The notes under the pieces are model-generated. The model searched no databases. It worked only from the letters and a program-made list of their open reading frames with translations, and was not told where the DNA came from. Positions 1-9,902 of a stretch of 64,000 nucleotides of DNA are shown one piece after another. The stretch covers positions 31,373-95,372 of the forward strand of contig JAKAGM010000002.1 in NCBI GenBank assembly GCA_021815445.1. The letters run 5' to 3'. This DNA comes from a bacterium (GTDB lineage Bacteria; Patescibacteriota; Patescibacteriia; UBA10025). Each line of letters starts with the position of its first letter. Position 1 is the stretch's first letter. A program made the translations under genes and the position numbers.

Positions 1-911
1 AGATGCCAGTATATCGACATCCAACAGTTCAAAAGCGGCCAGGCGCCGCCGCCCTCTTGTGACGACCCCTCGCTGTCAAAATAATCAAACTCAAACCGAT
101 GCACGCCGCCGTCTACCACGAGTTTTTTTTCCATCATGGATACCGTGTTCGCCATGCGCTCATCGCCGGGTTCATAGATGGTAAAAGGCCAGACGAGCCC
201 AAGGAGGGAAGCGTCGATATTGGGGTCTGATACCTTTCCCTTATTTCTCAAGAAATATCCCCGCTCCTTGTCATATGCCGCGTCGATGACGCCCATCATC
301 TGCATCGCGGTTTCTTTCCAGAAGTGGTTGGGGAAAAAGTCATTCGCATAAAAAAGGCCGCATGCGCATGATGCGAGCGAGTATGTGAAGTTATTCTCAA
401 AACGGGGTGATGTCTTTCTGTGGGATTCTTCCCAGATGTCAGAACTCGCTATCGAAAAAAACGTTTTGTTCCAAATCTTCGCTATTCCGTTCGCAAGCCT
501 GTGGATGAGCTCCCGAAACGGCTCTACACTGTGTTTCGTTATGCTGAAATGTTCGTGGATAGCCCAGAGCAGCGCACCCGTCTGGTCCGCCATGAATATT
601 TTTCCCATGGTGGCTATCCGCCCGTTTGTCGAATAATTAGAATACAGCAATTCATCCTCGACGAAGTCCTCAGGGCGCTCGCTGACCCACCGGAAAAACG
701 GCTCCTGAATTTCAAGCCCGATGTGTTCACCGGCGACACACGCGAAAGAAGCGTCCCTGATCCACACATAACGGTAGTCCGAGGCATGTTTCGGCACGTA
801 GGGTTTGTCGGTATTCGCGGCTACGATTGCCCCGTTGCTCAAAACACTGTCGCGGATGACAGCCTGGGAAATATCGAGTATGGCCTGTATATTTTTCGGG
901 GTGTTAGTCAT
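1..911 (-). CDS. Glycoside hydrolase family 15 (glucoamylase/trehalase-like), runs off the left edge
   Basis: Not in the ORF track. Manual translation from ATG at 911 gives MTNTPKNIQAILDISQAVIRDSVLSNGAIVAANTDKPYVPKHASDYRYVWIRDASF, containing the GH15 GAIVA and YxYxWxRD motifs; its start overlaps the ruvC stop. Confidence 0.85.
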   Translation of the reverse strand, partial: MTNTPKNIQAILDISQAVIRDSVLSNGAIVAANTDKPYVPKHASDYRYVWIRDASFACVAGEHIGLEIQEPFFRWVSERPEDFVEDELLYSNYSTNGRIATMGKIFMADQTGALLWAIHEHFSITKHSVEPFRELIHRLANGIAKIWNKTFFSIASSDIWEESHRKTSPRFENNFTYSLASCACGLFYANDFFPNHFWKETAMQMMGVIDAAYDKERGYFLRNKGKVSDPNIDASLLGLVWPFTIYEPGDERMANTVSMMEKKLVVDGGVHRFEFDYFDSEGSSQEGGGAWPLLNCWMSIYWH

Positions 912-1407
912 AATGTTTTTTTCTTCCTTCCATATACACCCAGCATATTGCCGCGGCGAGCGCATCGGAAGCGTCATCAGGGCGCGGAAGTTCGCGAAGT
1001 TTCAGGATCCGGCGCACCATCTGCTGCACCTGGCGCTTATCCGCTTTTCCATAGCCAGTCACGGTTTGCTTCACCTGGAGCGGAGAATACTCAGCTATTC
1101 GCGCCCGTGATTTTACGAGGGCAAGCAGCGCCACGCCGCGGGCTTGGCCCACGGCGAATGCGGTCTTGGCATTTTTCGCGAAAAAGAGCTGTTCGACCAC
1201 TACGACATCGGGGTTATATTTGCGTACCAACGCGCGTATGGCTGTATTAATCATGTACAGGCGCTGCGGCAGGCGGATCGTTTTTTTTGTTACTATCGCA
1301 CCGCATTCCTTATACGTAAGCGTTTTGTCGGCATAGGATATGACACCGAAGCCCGTGGTTGCGAGTCCGGGGTCGATTCCCAGGATAATGACCGGGGATT
1401 TAGACAT
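904..1407 (-). CDS. ruvC: Holliday junction resolvase RuvC
   Basis: ILGIDPG..TGFG, EQLFF, GQARG, YSPLQVK..VTGYGKADK, DDASDALA motifs; start moved to MSKSP (ATG 1407), overlapping the yebC stop. Confidence 0.96.
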   Translation of the reverse strand: MSKSPVIILGIDPGLATTGFGVISYADKTLTYKECGAIVTKKTIRLPQRLYMINTAIRALVRKYNPDVVVVEQLFFAKNAKTAFAVGQARGVALLALVKSRARIAEYSPLQVKQTVTGYGKADKRQVQQMVRRILKLRELPRPDDASDALAAAICWVYMEGRKKHYD

Positions 1408-2125
1408 GCGCGTTGGTAAAAACGGCGTCCACGTCGTCGTGCTCCTCAAGCTCCTCAATCATAGTGAGCGTTTGTTGTTTCTGCGCTTCATTGAGTTCCA
1501 GGAGCGTTGTAGGCACCAATTCAATATCTGACGAGGCCAAGGGAATGTTCTGTCGACCGATGGCCTGTTTCAACTTTTCCATATCATGCGGCGGCACGAC
1601 GACAGTGATGCCTTCCTCCTGTTCATGTATATCCTCGGCTCCCGCATCTATCAGCGTGAGCTCAAGCGCGCTCTTGTCGACTGCTCCGAGGTTCTCCCGT
1701 GAAATGCGCACCACGCCTTTTTGAGCGAATTGCCACGCGACACTTCCGGCATTTCCTATATTGCCCCCGTGCACGCTCAAAATCCGCCGAATGTCTGACA
1801 CGGTCCGATTCTTGTTATCAGTCAGCGTCTGGATAATGAACGCCGCCCCGCCCGGGCCATATCCTTCATAGGTGACTTCATCGATCGTTCCCTCATTCGA
1901 TTCCCCGGTACCGCGCTTGATGGCCCGCTCTATATTCTCATTCGGCATGTTGGCTTCCCGCGCTTTCTCGATGGTGAGGCGGAGTTTGAAATTATCATCA
2001 GGATTTCCGCCACTTCGAGCGGCGACAGCAATCGCTTTTGCCAGCTTAGAAAAAACTCCGCTCCGTTTAACGTCCTTTACGCCTTTTTGCCTTTTGATTT
2101 GTGACCACTTGGAGTGTCCTGACAT
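1400..2125 (-). CDS. yebC: YebC/PmpR family DNA-binding regulator / translation factor
   Basis: MSGHSKWSQIKRQKG, YEGYGPGG, TDNKNRT; classic yebC-ruvC synteny. Confidence 0.96.
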   Translation of the reverse strand: MSGHSKWSQIKRQKGVKDVKRSGVFSKLAKAIAVAARSGGNPDDNFKLRLTIEKAREANMPNENIERAIKRGTGESNEGTIDEVTYEGYGPGGAAFIIQTLTDNKNRTVSDIRRILSVHGGNIGNAGSVAWQFAQKGVVRISRENLGAVDKSALELTLIDAGAEDIHEQEEGITVVVPPHDMEKLKQAIGRQNIPLASSDIELVPTTLLELNEAQKQQTLTMIEELEEHDDVDAVFTNAHV

Positions 2126-2218
2126 AGTGTGAATGTGCAGGTATTTTTCGAAATAAGGGGAAAAATTGTATGTATATTATAGCAGAAAATAGGGTTTTTG
2201 TAAATTTGAAAAAGTATA

Positions 2219-2288
2219 TGTCATCATGCTGAACTCGATTCAGCATCCCGGTTATATAACCACGGGACCCTGAATCAAGTTCAGGGTG
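2219..2288. repeat. Inverted doublet of TGTCA-type REP-like palindromes
   Basis: TGTCATCATGCTGAACTCGATTCAGCATC, a short spacer hairpin, then GACCCTGAATCAAGTTCAGGGTG in inverted orientation. Confidence 0.7.
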
Positions 2289-2328
2289 GGTGTAATAAAC
2301 AATTGCGCTCGGCTTTGTTATAAAACCA

Positions 2329-2427
2329 GAGCGCACCCTTTCGAGGGTGCGCGTGCATGTTTGATACCCGATCGCGGCCGCAGACCTGCCCGCCGCGTGG
2401 CTCCGGCAGGCGGGGAGCCGCGCTCGG
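2329..2427. repeat. GC-rich REP-like palindromes (CCGAGCGCA family) with a nested insertion
   Basis: GCGCACCCT-TTCG-AGGGTGCGC, and CCGATCGCGGC...GCCGCGCTCGG enclosing CCTGCCCGCC...GGCAGGCGGG. Confidence 0.65.
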
Positions 2428-2442
2428 AGGGGGAATCCACGC

Positions 2443-2491
2443 TTGACATTTTTTCATCTCCGGAGCATGATACCTTCTTCGTTCATTCACA
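2443..2491 (+). promoter_or_regulatory. sigma70 promoter plus boxA-like motif
   Basis: TTGACA(2443)-17 nt-CATGAT(2466); GTTCATTCACA at 2481-2491. Confidence 0.6.
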
Positions 2492-2595
2492 TTCTCGAGG
2501 GCAGTCGAGAGCGTGGCAAATCGCAGTTTCAGAATTCACCAAACGTAAACCATAGCCGATGGCGTCGACGGTCTAGGCGATTGGAGGGTACGTGT

Positions 2596-3234
2596 ATGTG
2601 TGAACTTTGTTCAGATGTTGCGAAACGAGGATTCAACAATCTGGTAATGCGCGCCGAGCTTTTTCGTTACGTGGAAGACTACGAGGTGTATCAGGGAACG
2701 CCAATGTTGTGCGCTACTATTGATCTTCTTTTCGCGGCAGATTCCCCTCTCCTCACGCGCGGCAAAGAGTACTGGCTGATTCATTTCGTTGATAATCTTG
2801 ATCAACGACATGTTGACGACCCCCGCATGCGACGTAATCCAGAGCTCTCCTTTGGGCTGAAAAAAATGGGACTTTGGGTTGCCGGACACAACCCAGGCCC
2901 ACAGCAAGAGCTCATGGACAATCTCCACCTCGTGGTTGAAGAGTGGAAGATAAAATGCCAACTATGGGTTGCCAGTAATGCGTGCGTGATCACTTGCGGA
3001 AACATTGGCGCAAAAAGCGGAGCCATCCGCTTGATGGATCCGTCCCATCTGGTATTCATGCAGTACTACAGCTCTCTCCGGTCACTTATCGGCCAGGCAT
3101 TGTGTACTGCCTTAGTCTCTGAGGAGAAAAGGGTACTTGTAGAAGCTCTTAACAAGCTCGAGGGCTTCATCAAGGTGTGCCTGAAGAGTTGGGATAAGGC
3201 CCAAGAGATGCTTGGAGTCCTCACTGCCAGTTAG
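2596..3234 (+). CDS. Hypothetical protein (212 aa, N-terminal CxxC)
   Basis: GGAGG at 2583 then in-frame ATG 2596; own promoter and terminator; no family recognised. Confidence 0.75.
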   Translation: MCELCSDVAKRGFNNLVMRAELFRYVEDYEVYQGTPMLCATIDLLFAADSPLLTRGKEYWLIHFVDNLDQRHVDDPRMRRNPELSFGLKKMGLWVAGHNPGPQQELMDNLHLVVEEWKIKCQLWVASNACVITCGNIGAKSGAIRLMDPSHLVFMQYYSSLRSLIGQALCTALVSEEKRVLVEALNKLEGFIKVCLKSWDKAQEMLGVLTAS

Positions 3235-3283
3235 TTCATCCACTCCCGCCGCTGCCCCGGTGGTTGATCATCAGATGAGCAAA

Positions 3284-3319
3284 CCTCGCCCAAACCAAGC
3301 TTTGGGCGGGGAGTTTTTT
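3284..3319 (+). terminator. Rho-independent terminator
   Basis: CCTCGCCCAAA-CCAAGC-TTTGGGCGGGG followed by AGTTTTTT. Confidence 0.75.
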
Positions 3320-3339
3320 ATTCTCAAGGACAAGGTTAA

Positions 3340-3371
3340 CCCGAGCGCAGGCAGAGACGCCTGCGCTCGGG
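3340..3371. repeat. REP-like palindrome (CCGAGCGCA family)
   Basis: CCCGAGCGCAGGC-AGAGAC-GCCTGCGCTCGGG perfect 13-bp stem. Confidence 0.75.
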
Positions 3372-3417
3372 ATAGTCTTTTTCGATCGCGGGCACGGCGG
3401 CCCGGGCGCGGATTCCT

Positions 3418-3446
3418 TTGTAAATATCCATATTTTTTGGTACAAT
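3418..3446 (+). promoter_or_regulatory. sigma70 promoter for a probably leaderless mRNA
   Basis: TTGTAA-17 nt-TACAAT ending 7 nt before ATG 3454; no SD. Confidence 0.6.
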
Positions 3447-3453
3447 AACCGCA

Positions 3454-4527
3454 ATGAACATCCTTGATGACATGAAAAAAATTATACGGCTGGACCGGCA
3501 GAATATGCGCGGGTCTATTGACGCACTCCCTGACCAGATACGGCATGCATGGGCGGAGAGCAGGAAGATAAAATTTCCTGCCCGCTATGCTCAGGCAAAA
3601 AAAGTTGTCGTCGCAGGCATGGGCGGCTCCATCATCGGCGCTCATCTTTTAGAATCAGTTTTTGCCGATGAGTTCAAAGTTCCGTTTGTACGGCTCGGCG
3701 ACTATCGTTTACCAGCTTGGGTGGGTCGCGATACGCTGGTGATTCTCTCCAGCTATTCGGGCACTACAGAGGAGGTTCTCGCGATGGGCAAAGATGCGCT
3801 CGCACGCGGGTGCATGGTGGCGGGTCTATCCGCGGGCGGGACTCTTGCGCGGATGATGAAGGCCCGTCGGTTGCTGTGGTATCACATTGCTCCGACATTC
3901 AACCCTTCTAACCAACCCAGAATGGCTACCGGCTACATGGTTTTTGGGCTGCTTGGTTTATTGTCGCGGCTCCGATTCGTGCACCTCGGCAGCCGGGATG
4001 TAGAGCATATAGTTGCCACATTGCAAGCAAAGCACCACCATCTCGGAATCAAAAAACCGGTACGTAATAACATCGCAAAAACGATTGCCGCGAGACTTGT
4101 CGGCAAATATATCCTCTTTGTTTCTGCGGAACACTTAATCGGCAACGGGCATATCGCCGCAAACCAAATTAATGAGAATGCAAAACAGTTTGCCGCGTAC
4201 TTTTCCCTGCCGGAACTCAATCATCATCTCCTGGAAGCGCTCCGGTTTCCGCGTGAAAATCGGCGCCTGCTCACTGCCGTCTGCTTCCAATCACAGCGTT
4301 ATCACCCGCGGAACCAGCGCCGAGTAAATGCCACTGTCCGCATCCTCCAGCAACAGGGTATCCGCGCGATCATGGTCCCTGTGCGGGGGAAATCCAAACT
4401 TGATGAGGCATTACAAACTGTCCAGCTCGGTGCGTATTCCGGTTACTATCTTGCCATCCTGAACAGGCTAAACCCGGCGCCTATTACCTGGGTCGATGCG
4501 TTTAAGCGCATCATGGCCAGGGCGTAA
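3454..4527 (+). CDS. Bifunctional phosphoglucose/phosphomannose isomerase (SIS domain)
   Basis: GMGGS, SSYSGTTEE, QINENAK, PELNHH motifs. Confidence 0.92.
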   Translation: MNILDDMKKIIRLDRQNMRGSIDALPDQIRHAWAESRKIKFPARYAQAKKVVVAGMGGSIIGAHLLESVFADEFKVPFVRLGDYRLPAWVGRDTLVILSSYSGTTEEVLAMGKDALARGCMVAGLSAGGTLARMMKARRLLWYHIAPTFNPSNQPRMATGYMVFGLLGLLSRLRFVHLGSRDVEHIVATLQAKHHHLGIKKPVRNNIAKTIAARLVGKYILFVSAEHLIGNGHIAANQINENAKQFAAYFSLPELNHHLLEALRFPRENRRLLTAVCFQSQRYHPRNQRRVNATVRILQQQGIRAIMVPVRGKSKLDEALQTVQLGAYSGYYLAILNRLNPAPITWVDAFKRIMARA

Positions 4528-4570
4528 GCGTTTCCATGCGCGCTTTGATGTAAGGGCTGATCTTTCCCGT

Positions 4571-6187
4571 ATGACAACGTCTCACGCCACCCTGTCATGG
4601 TTTCAGACTCACCGCCGTGTTATCGCGGCGCTTTGTCTATTTGCCTTCGCATTTGTATTTTTCCTGTGGCTACAGGATGACCCGACATTTGCGGACCCCG
4701 ACTCGTTTTATCACGCCAAAATGGCCCTGCTCATCCGCGATCAGGGAATCGTCAAAGATTTTCCCTGGCTCCAGGCCACCGTCCTCGCGAAATCTTACAC
4801 TGATCAGCACCTTTTATACCATATTGCCCTGATCCCGTTTGTAACTTTTTTCCAGCCCATTGTCGGGATTAAAATAGCTACTGTTTTGCTTGCCGCCGCC
4901 GTTGTTGAAATGGTGTATCTGCTGCTCTCTGCATTACGAGTCCGGTTTGCCGTGCTGTATGCGTTTATATTGCTTGCAATCGGTCCGTTTATCTTCCGCA
5001 TGAGCTTGGCGAAAGCCCCGAGTGTGTCCATGCTTTTTCTGCTCAGCGGAATATTGCTGATGTTCAAACGCAGACGGTGGTGGCTCTTTATTCTTTCGTT
5101 CCTCTACGTCTGGGCGTACGGCGGCTTTACCCTGTTGCTCGTCGCGGCGGCGATATGGAGCGGAATAGGGTTTTTTGAACAATTCATGCAATCTCCCGCC
5201 CGGATTGGGCGACGTCCCCTGGGTCTCATGATGCACTCGTTCGTGCGCAATGAACATGTCCGTACGGTTTTTTCCGTCTTTTCCGGGATTATCCTGGGCG
5301 TAGTCATCAATCCATATTTTCCGCACAACCTGTTTTTTTACTGGAGCCAACTTGTGCAGATTGGCATTATTAACTACCACTCGGTCATCGGCGTGGGAAA
5401 CGAATGGTATCCTTACCCGTTCATGGACCTGATCTCCAGCACGATATTTCTCACCGTCATCGTGATAATCGCGCTCGTGCTTTTTTCCGTCTTTCTCAGG
5501 TCGCAGCGCCGGCGCTCGTGGATGTTCTTTATCATGGCGGCGTTCTTTTTTCTCCTGACGTTAAAATCAAAACGGTATGTCGAATATTACGTGCCGTTTG
5601 GAATGCTTTTTGGCGCTACGGCTCTGGACACTTCACTCGGACGCATCGATTTCCGGCACTTTTTACGCGATGTCATGGGATGGTATTTTAAACATAAAGT
5701 ATTTGCCATGATTCTTATCGTTTATTTCCTCGTGACCCTTCCAGCCATTGCGGTGCGCGACACTGTCAGTATTAAAGGAGATCTTCGCGGAGGATCTTCT
5801 GTCACGAAATTTGCAGCGGCGAGCAGCTGGCTCGAGAACAATACCCCCGAGCATGCCGTCGTTTTTCATTCAAGCTGGGACGAATTTCCGCTGCTTTTTT
5901 ACCATAATACGCACAATTACTATATTGTCGGCCTCGACCCGACGTTTATGTATACGTACAACAAAGACCTCTATCAAAAAAATGTCGATATTACGACAGG
6001 CGTCGGTGTCCCCAAGATTCAGCAGGTACTCCAAAAAGATTTCAAGGCAAATTATGTTTTTATCGAAAAACACCACGGAGGCATGCACTCGCTGATCAGC
6101 GCCCTCCCCGACGCGAAACTTGTCTATGAGGATAGTGAAGCGTGGATCTATTATTTGCCGCCCGTGCAGAATGATTCCTCTTCCTAA
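4571..6187 (+). CDS. Multi-TM GT-C fold glycosyltransferase-like membrane protein
   Basis: DPDSFYH acidic loop after TM1, many TM helices, C-terminal soluble domain; start at MTTSH (ATG 4571). Confidence 0.7.
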   Translation: MTTSHATLSWFQTHRRVIAALCLFAFAFVFFLWLQDDPTFADPDSFYHAKMALLIRDQGIVKDFPWLQATVLAKSYTDQHLLYHIALIPFVTFFQPIVGIKIATVLLAAAVVEMVYLLLSALRVRFAVLYAFILLAIGPFIFRMSLAKAPSVSMLFLLSGILLMFKRRRWWLFILSFLYVWAYGGFTLLLVAAAIWSGIGFFEQFMQSPARIGRRPLGLMMHSFVRNEHVRTVFSVFSGIILGVVINPYFPHNLFFYWSQLVQIGIINYHSVIGVGNEWYPYPFMDLISSTIFLTVIVIIALVLFSVFLRSQRRRSWMFFIMAAFFFLLTLKSKRYVEYYVPFGMLFGATALDTSLGRIDFRHFLRDVMGWYFKHKVFAMILIVYFLVTLPAIAVRDTVSIKGDLRGGSSVTKFAAASSWLENNTPEHAVVFHSSWDEFPLLFYHNTHNYYIVGLDPTFMYTYNKDLYQKNVDITTGVGVPKIQQVLQKDFKANYVFIEKHHGGMHSLISALPDAKLVYEDSEAWIYYLPPVQNDSSS

Positions 6188-7397
6188 ATATTACCTTGCC
6201 GCAGGACTAGTCATGGCCGCTCTCGCAATAGTTTGGGGCGGTTTCGTCATGGCTCAACCAATCTACGATATCGGTGCAAAGTCTACACCTTTGGTACGCG
6301 ACCAACAGGAGACAATCAGTGTCTATTTTAATCGCGCCGAGTTCATCCCTCGTCATGAGTTTCCCTATTCCCATGTTCTGGAAGAATACCCTGTGCTTGG
6401 CGTGCTTTATATCAGTCTCCCTCGTCTGTTTACCCAGGATCCCGGCGGGTCCATGCAGATATTTTCATTCATGAGCCTGCTGGTCCTGTGCGCGCTGGTC
6501 GCAGTGACTTCCGCACTCCTGAGATTTTTTAAGCGATCTCCGTGGTATCTAACACTTTTTCTCCTGCCTGCAACGCTGTATTTTGCTTTTAACCGTTTTG
6601 ATATTCTCATTGCGCTTATTGTCCAGATAAGTCTGTACATGCTGGTTCGGCGACGGTATGCCTGGGCAATTTTCCTCCTTGCCATAAGTTTTTTTGTGAA
6701 ATGGTACGGCATTCTTTTCGTGCCCGTATATTTGGTATACATGAAAAATACTGTTGCCCCGGAGGTATGGCGAAAGTCATTTCGAAGGATGCTGCGGATC
6801 ATAGGGATAACACTGGTGGTTCCCACAGTCGTCTTATTCATCTTTGCGGGAGTTAACAGCATTCTTCCCTACGCGTTTCACGCCTCACGCGGTATCGAGT
6901 ATGGCAATGTTTTAGTTCCTTTTCTCGAGAGAATGTATCGTGTCCTTCCGCCTTCTCTCGTCCGTTTCCTGATGAAAGCGATTCCGCAGCTTCTTTTTGC
7001 CGGTCAGATTATTCTCCCGCTTGTTATGGCATTAAATCCTAGCGGTTTTATACAAAGAATCAAATCGCACCGCGATGTAGTGCGGTGGATGGTTATTATT
7101 GTCCTTCTTTTCCTCCTTTTCGGGAAATTTTATTCGCCGCAATTTATCCTTTGGTTATTGCCCCTCCTTATTCTTCTCGTACGGCGGTTTTCTGACATCT
7201 TGTTGTTTATTACACTTGACCTCATACACTACCTGTCGTTTCCGCTCATCTATATTCAGTCAGGGTATAATTCCGACGCTTACGCGTTAATGGCGTTTAT
7301 TCGCACGCTCGTATACTGCATCGTGCTGTTCAAAGCACTCCCCGCTACCCGCGCATGGTTTCCCGCAACATCATTTGTAGATACCCAAGAAGGATGA
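6171..7397 (+). CDS. GT87/DUF2029-like GT-C glycosyltransferase
   Basis: EYP in first loop, NRFDIL, KWYG, KFYSPQFILWL motifs; start MIPLP (ATG 6171). Confidence 0.75.
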   Translation: MIPLPKYYLAAGLVMAALAIVWGGFVMAQPIYDIGAKSTPLVRDQQETISVYFNRAEFIPRHEFPYSHVLEEYPVLGVLYISLPRLFTQDPGGSMQIFSFMSLLVLCALVAVTSALLRFFKRSPWYLTLFLLPATLYFAFNRFDILIALIVQISLYMLVRRRYAWAIFLLAISFFVKWYGILFVPVYLVYMKNTVAPEVWRKSFRRMLRIIGITLVVPTVVLFIFAGVNSILPYAFHASRGIEYGNVLVPFLERMYRVLPPSLVRFLMKAIPQLLFAGQIILPLVMALNPSGFIQRIKSHRDVVRWMVIIVLLFLLFGKFYSPQFILWLLPLLILLVRRFSDILLFITLDLIHYLSFPLIYIQSGYNSDAYALMAFIRTLVYCIVLFKALPATRAWFPATSFVDTQEG

Positions 7398-8143
7398 GAC
7401 ACGGAAAAAAAATTATCGCCGTACTGCCCGCGTACAATGCCGAAAAAACGCTGCGCCAGACGCTTCGTGACATTCCTCGCGACGTGGTCGACGATATTAT
7501 ACTCGTTGATGACGCGAGCGCCGACGGTACGGCTTCCCTGTCCCGCTCACTCGGGCTCACGACTATAGTGCATCCGCGCAATCTCGGCTATGGGGGAAAC
7601 CAAAAAACTTGCTACACGGCGGCACTTCATGCCGGGGCGGATGTCGTCATCATGATCCACCCTGACCACCAGTACGATCCGACGCTTGTGCCTGCGATGG
7701 TCGAACCTCTGGCGGCAGGGGAAGCCGACGCAGTTTTCGGTTCGCGGATGCTTGTACCCGGCGGGGCGCTTTCCGGCGGCATGCCACAGTGGAAGTACAT
7801 TGCGAACGCCTTTTTAACCCGGGCGGCCAATGTGTGCATAGGAACGCATCTGAGCGAATACCACTCGGGCTTTCGCGCGTATTCGCGCGCAGTTTTAGAG
7901 CGCGTCCCGTATTCGCTGAATTCGAATAATTTTGTTTTTGATACTGAGATTATCGCCCAGCTCGCTGTATACAACTTTCGTATAAAAGAGATACCTATCC
8001 CCACCAAATATTTTAAAGACGCGTCTACAGTGGGTTTTTGGAAAGGGGTGCAGTACGGTCTCAATATTTTCGGCGTCCTTATGCGCTATCAGCTTCACCG
8101 GCTGGGTATCATCCGGACAAAGCAATTCAGTAAAACCGGTTAA
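7394..8143 (+). CDS. GT2 polyprenol-phosphate glycosyltransferase (DPM1-like)
   Basis: VLPAYNAE, VDDAS, NLGYGG, HPDHQY, GSR, SGFRAY, FDTEI; ATGA overlap at 7394. Confidence 0.93.
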   Translation: MRHGKKIIAVLPAYNAEKTLRQTLRDIPRDVVDDIILVDDASADGTASLSRSLGLTTIVHPRNLGYGGNQKTCYTAALHAGADVVIMIHPDHQYDPTLVPAMVEPLAAGEADAVFGSRMLVPGGALSGGMPQWKYIANAFLTRAANVCIGTHLSEYHSGFRAYSRAVLERVPYSLNSNNFVFDTEIIAQLAVYNFRIKEIPIPTKYFKDASTVGFWKGVQYGLNIFGVLMRYQLHRLGIIRTKQFSKTG

Positions 8144-8210
8144 TTCCGGCAGTCTATCTTTAATTATCTATTTCCATTATTATTCTTGATATAAGTATTT
8201 TTACATTTGT

Positions 8211-9869
8211 ATGGATGCCAATCTCGAACCATATTCCCTGACCTTAAAGTCACTTTGGAAATCTATCGGCAGAGGTGAATGGATATTTATCTCATGCATT
8301 ATATTAATTTCCGTAGCTGTTACGACTTTTCCCTATCTCTATGGGGCCGTGACAGCTCCATCTGGCATGACATACACAGGGATCCATAATCTCACGCCCG
8401 GAGACACGAATGCCTACCTCTCACTCATTGCGTCCGTCAAAGAGGGGACAAATACGTTTGTTAACCTCTTTACCAGCGAGCACCAGTCCGTCGTCGACGT
8501 GAACCCGTTATGGTGGAGTGTCGGAATGTTCGCCAAAATATTTCATCTTTCACCGCTTGCCAGTTTCCACGCAACACGAATCATCCTGATAGGCGTATTA
8601 GTTGTCGTGGCGTATCTTTTTCTCACCCTATGCTTCTCGTCGCGCGCTCGGCGCAAAGTAGCGCTCGTGGTGATTTGCTTTGCATCGGGGGTAGGTTTAT
8701 TCGTGGGTCCATTTGTCTACAACGAAGCTCACCGGATTAATTACCCGGTTGATGCATGGGTGCCTGAAAGCATCCCTTTTTTAATCATGTACAATTCACC
8801 GCACTTCATAGCGTCCCTAATACTGATAGTCATCTGTATCGCACTTATGTACATGGCATTTGTCACGGAAAAGTTCGTCTATTGCATCGCTGCCGGCGTA
8901 GCAGGATTTCTCCTCACCTGGTTCCACCCTTTCGATACGCCCACGGTAGTATGCGTGGTCGGAGTATTTTTGCTTTATCTGATGGTCAAAAGGAAAAAAG
9001 TTTACCGAAGATGGCTCTTGCAGTATTCTCTATATATTCTTCTGATAGCGCCCGCCGCGCTGTATCTTTTTTTCCTTATATATAAAGATCCCGTCATGGC
9101 ATTGTGGCAACAGCAAAATATCCTCCTTTCACCTTCAATCTGGATGTACCTTTCGGCGTTCGCGCTTCTTCTCCCGTTCGTTGTGTATGCGCTCATTCGC
9201 AATGACCTCAAAAGATCCGGAATCACGCGACTTCTGATAGTATGGATCGCCGTCTCAGCTATTCTCTTATACGTTCCGGTGAATTTCCAGCGGAGGATGG
9301 TCGAAGGATTATTCATCCCGGTCGCCATTTTGGCTGCAGATGGAATCGTGACGCTCTGGGAACGGTTAAAGATTTCGGCTGTACAGCATGGGTTACAATC
9401 ACTGCTCCTTTTCGGACTGGTGGTATTCTTGCCGTTGACGAATTTACAGATAATTGGTCAGGATGTAAGCCAATATGCGACAATGAAGGATTTTCCATTT
9501 TATCTTACGTCAGGCGAGATGGACACTCTCTCTTGGATAAAGAACGCTACTGATACCCAGTCAATTTTTCTCTCGAGCAGGTATTTCGGTAATTTTATTC
9601 CCGCGTACGCGATCCGCCGGGTATATATAGGGCATGGGCCGCAGACAATAGATCTCGAGCGTAAGATTCCTGAGGTTTACAATTTCTACACAGGAGCATG
9701 GGACGATGCCGCCCGCGAGCGTTTCTTAAAGGAAAAAGGCATTGCCTACGTGGTCATCGGACCCCGTGAAGAAGCATACGGAAGCACTGATCTCGCGAAT
9801 AAACCATTTTTGAAACTTGTACATTCGACATCGGATACTCGTGTGTATGCGGTTATCGCTCATCGCTAG
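8211..9869 (+). CDS. Multi-TM GT-C-like membrane protein
   Basis: GDTNAY loop, NLFTSE, C-terminal IPA..RRVYIGHG.QT; paralog of the next gene. Confidence 0.7.
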   Translation: MDANLEPYSLTLKSLWKSIGRGEWIFISCIILISVAVTTFPYLYGAVTAPSGMTYTGIHNLTPGDTNAYLSLIASVKEGTNTFVNLFTSEHQSVVDVNPLWWSVGMFAKIFHLSPLASFHATRIILIGVLVVVAYLFLTLCFSSRARRKVALVVICFASGVGLFVGPFVYNEAHRINYPVDAWVPESIPFLIMYNSPHFIASLILIVICIALMYMAFVTEKFVYCIAAGVAGFLLTWFHPFDTPTVVCVVGVFLLYLMVKRKKVYRRWLLQYSLYILLIAPAALYLFFLIYKDPVMALWQQQNILLSPSIWMYLSAFALLLPFVVYALIRNDLKRSGITRLLIVWIAVSAILLYVPVNFQRRMVEGLFIPVAILAADGIVTLWERLKISAVQHGLQSLLLFGLVVFLPLTNLQIIGQDVSQYATMKDFPFYLTSGEMDTLSWIKNATDTQSIFLSSRYFGNFIPAYAIRRVYIGHGPQTIDLERKIPEVYNFYTGAWDDAARERFLKEKGIAYVVIGPREEAYGSTDLANKPFLKLVHSTSDTRVYAVIAHR

Positions 9870-9902
9870 CCGTATGCGTCTCCGTATCCATGGCATGGTG
9901 CT

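Noticed and set aside
420-1250. 276-aa plus-strand ORF (and similar long antisense ORFs such as 48458..49198 and 59852..60451)
   Set aside because: Shadows of well-supported minus-strand genes (GH15/ruvC, aminotransferase, kbl); no motifs of their own.
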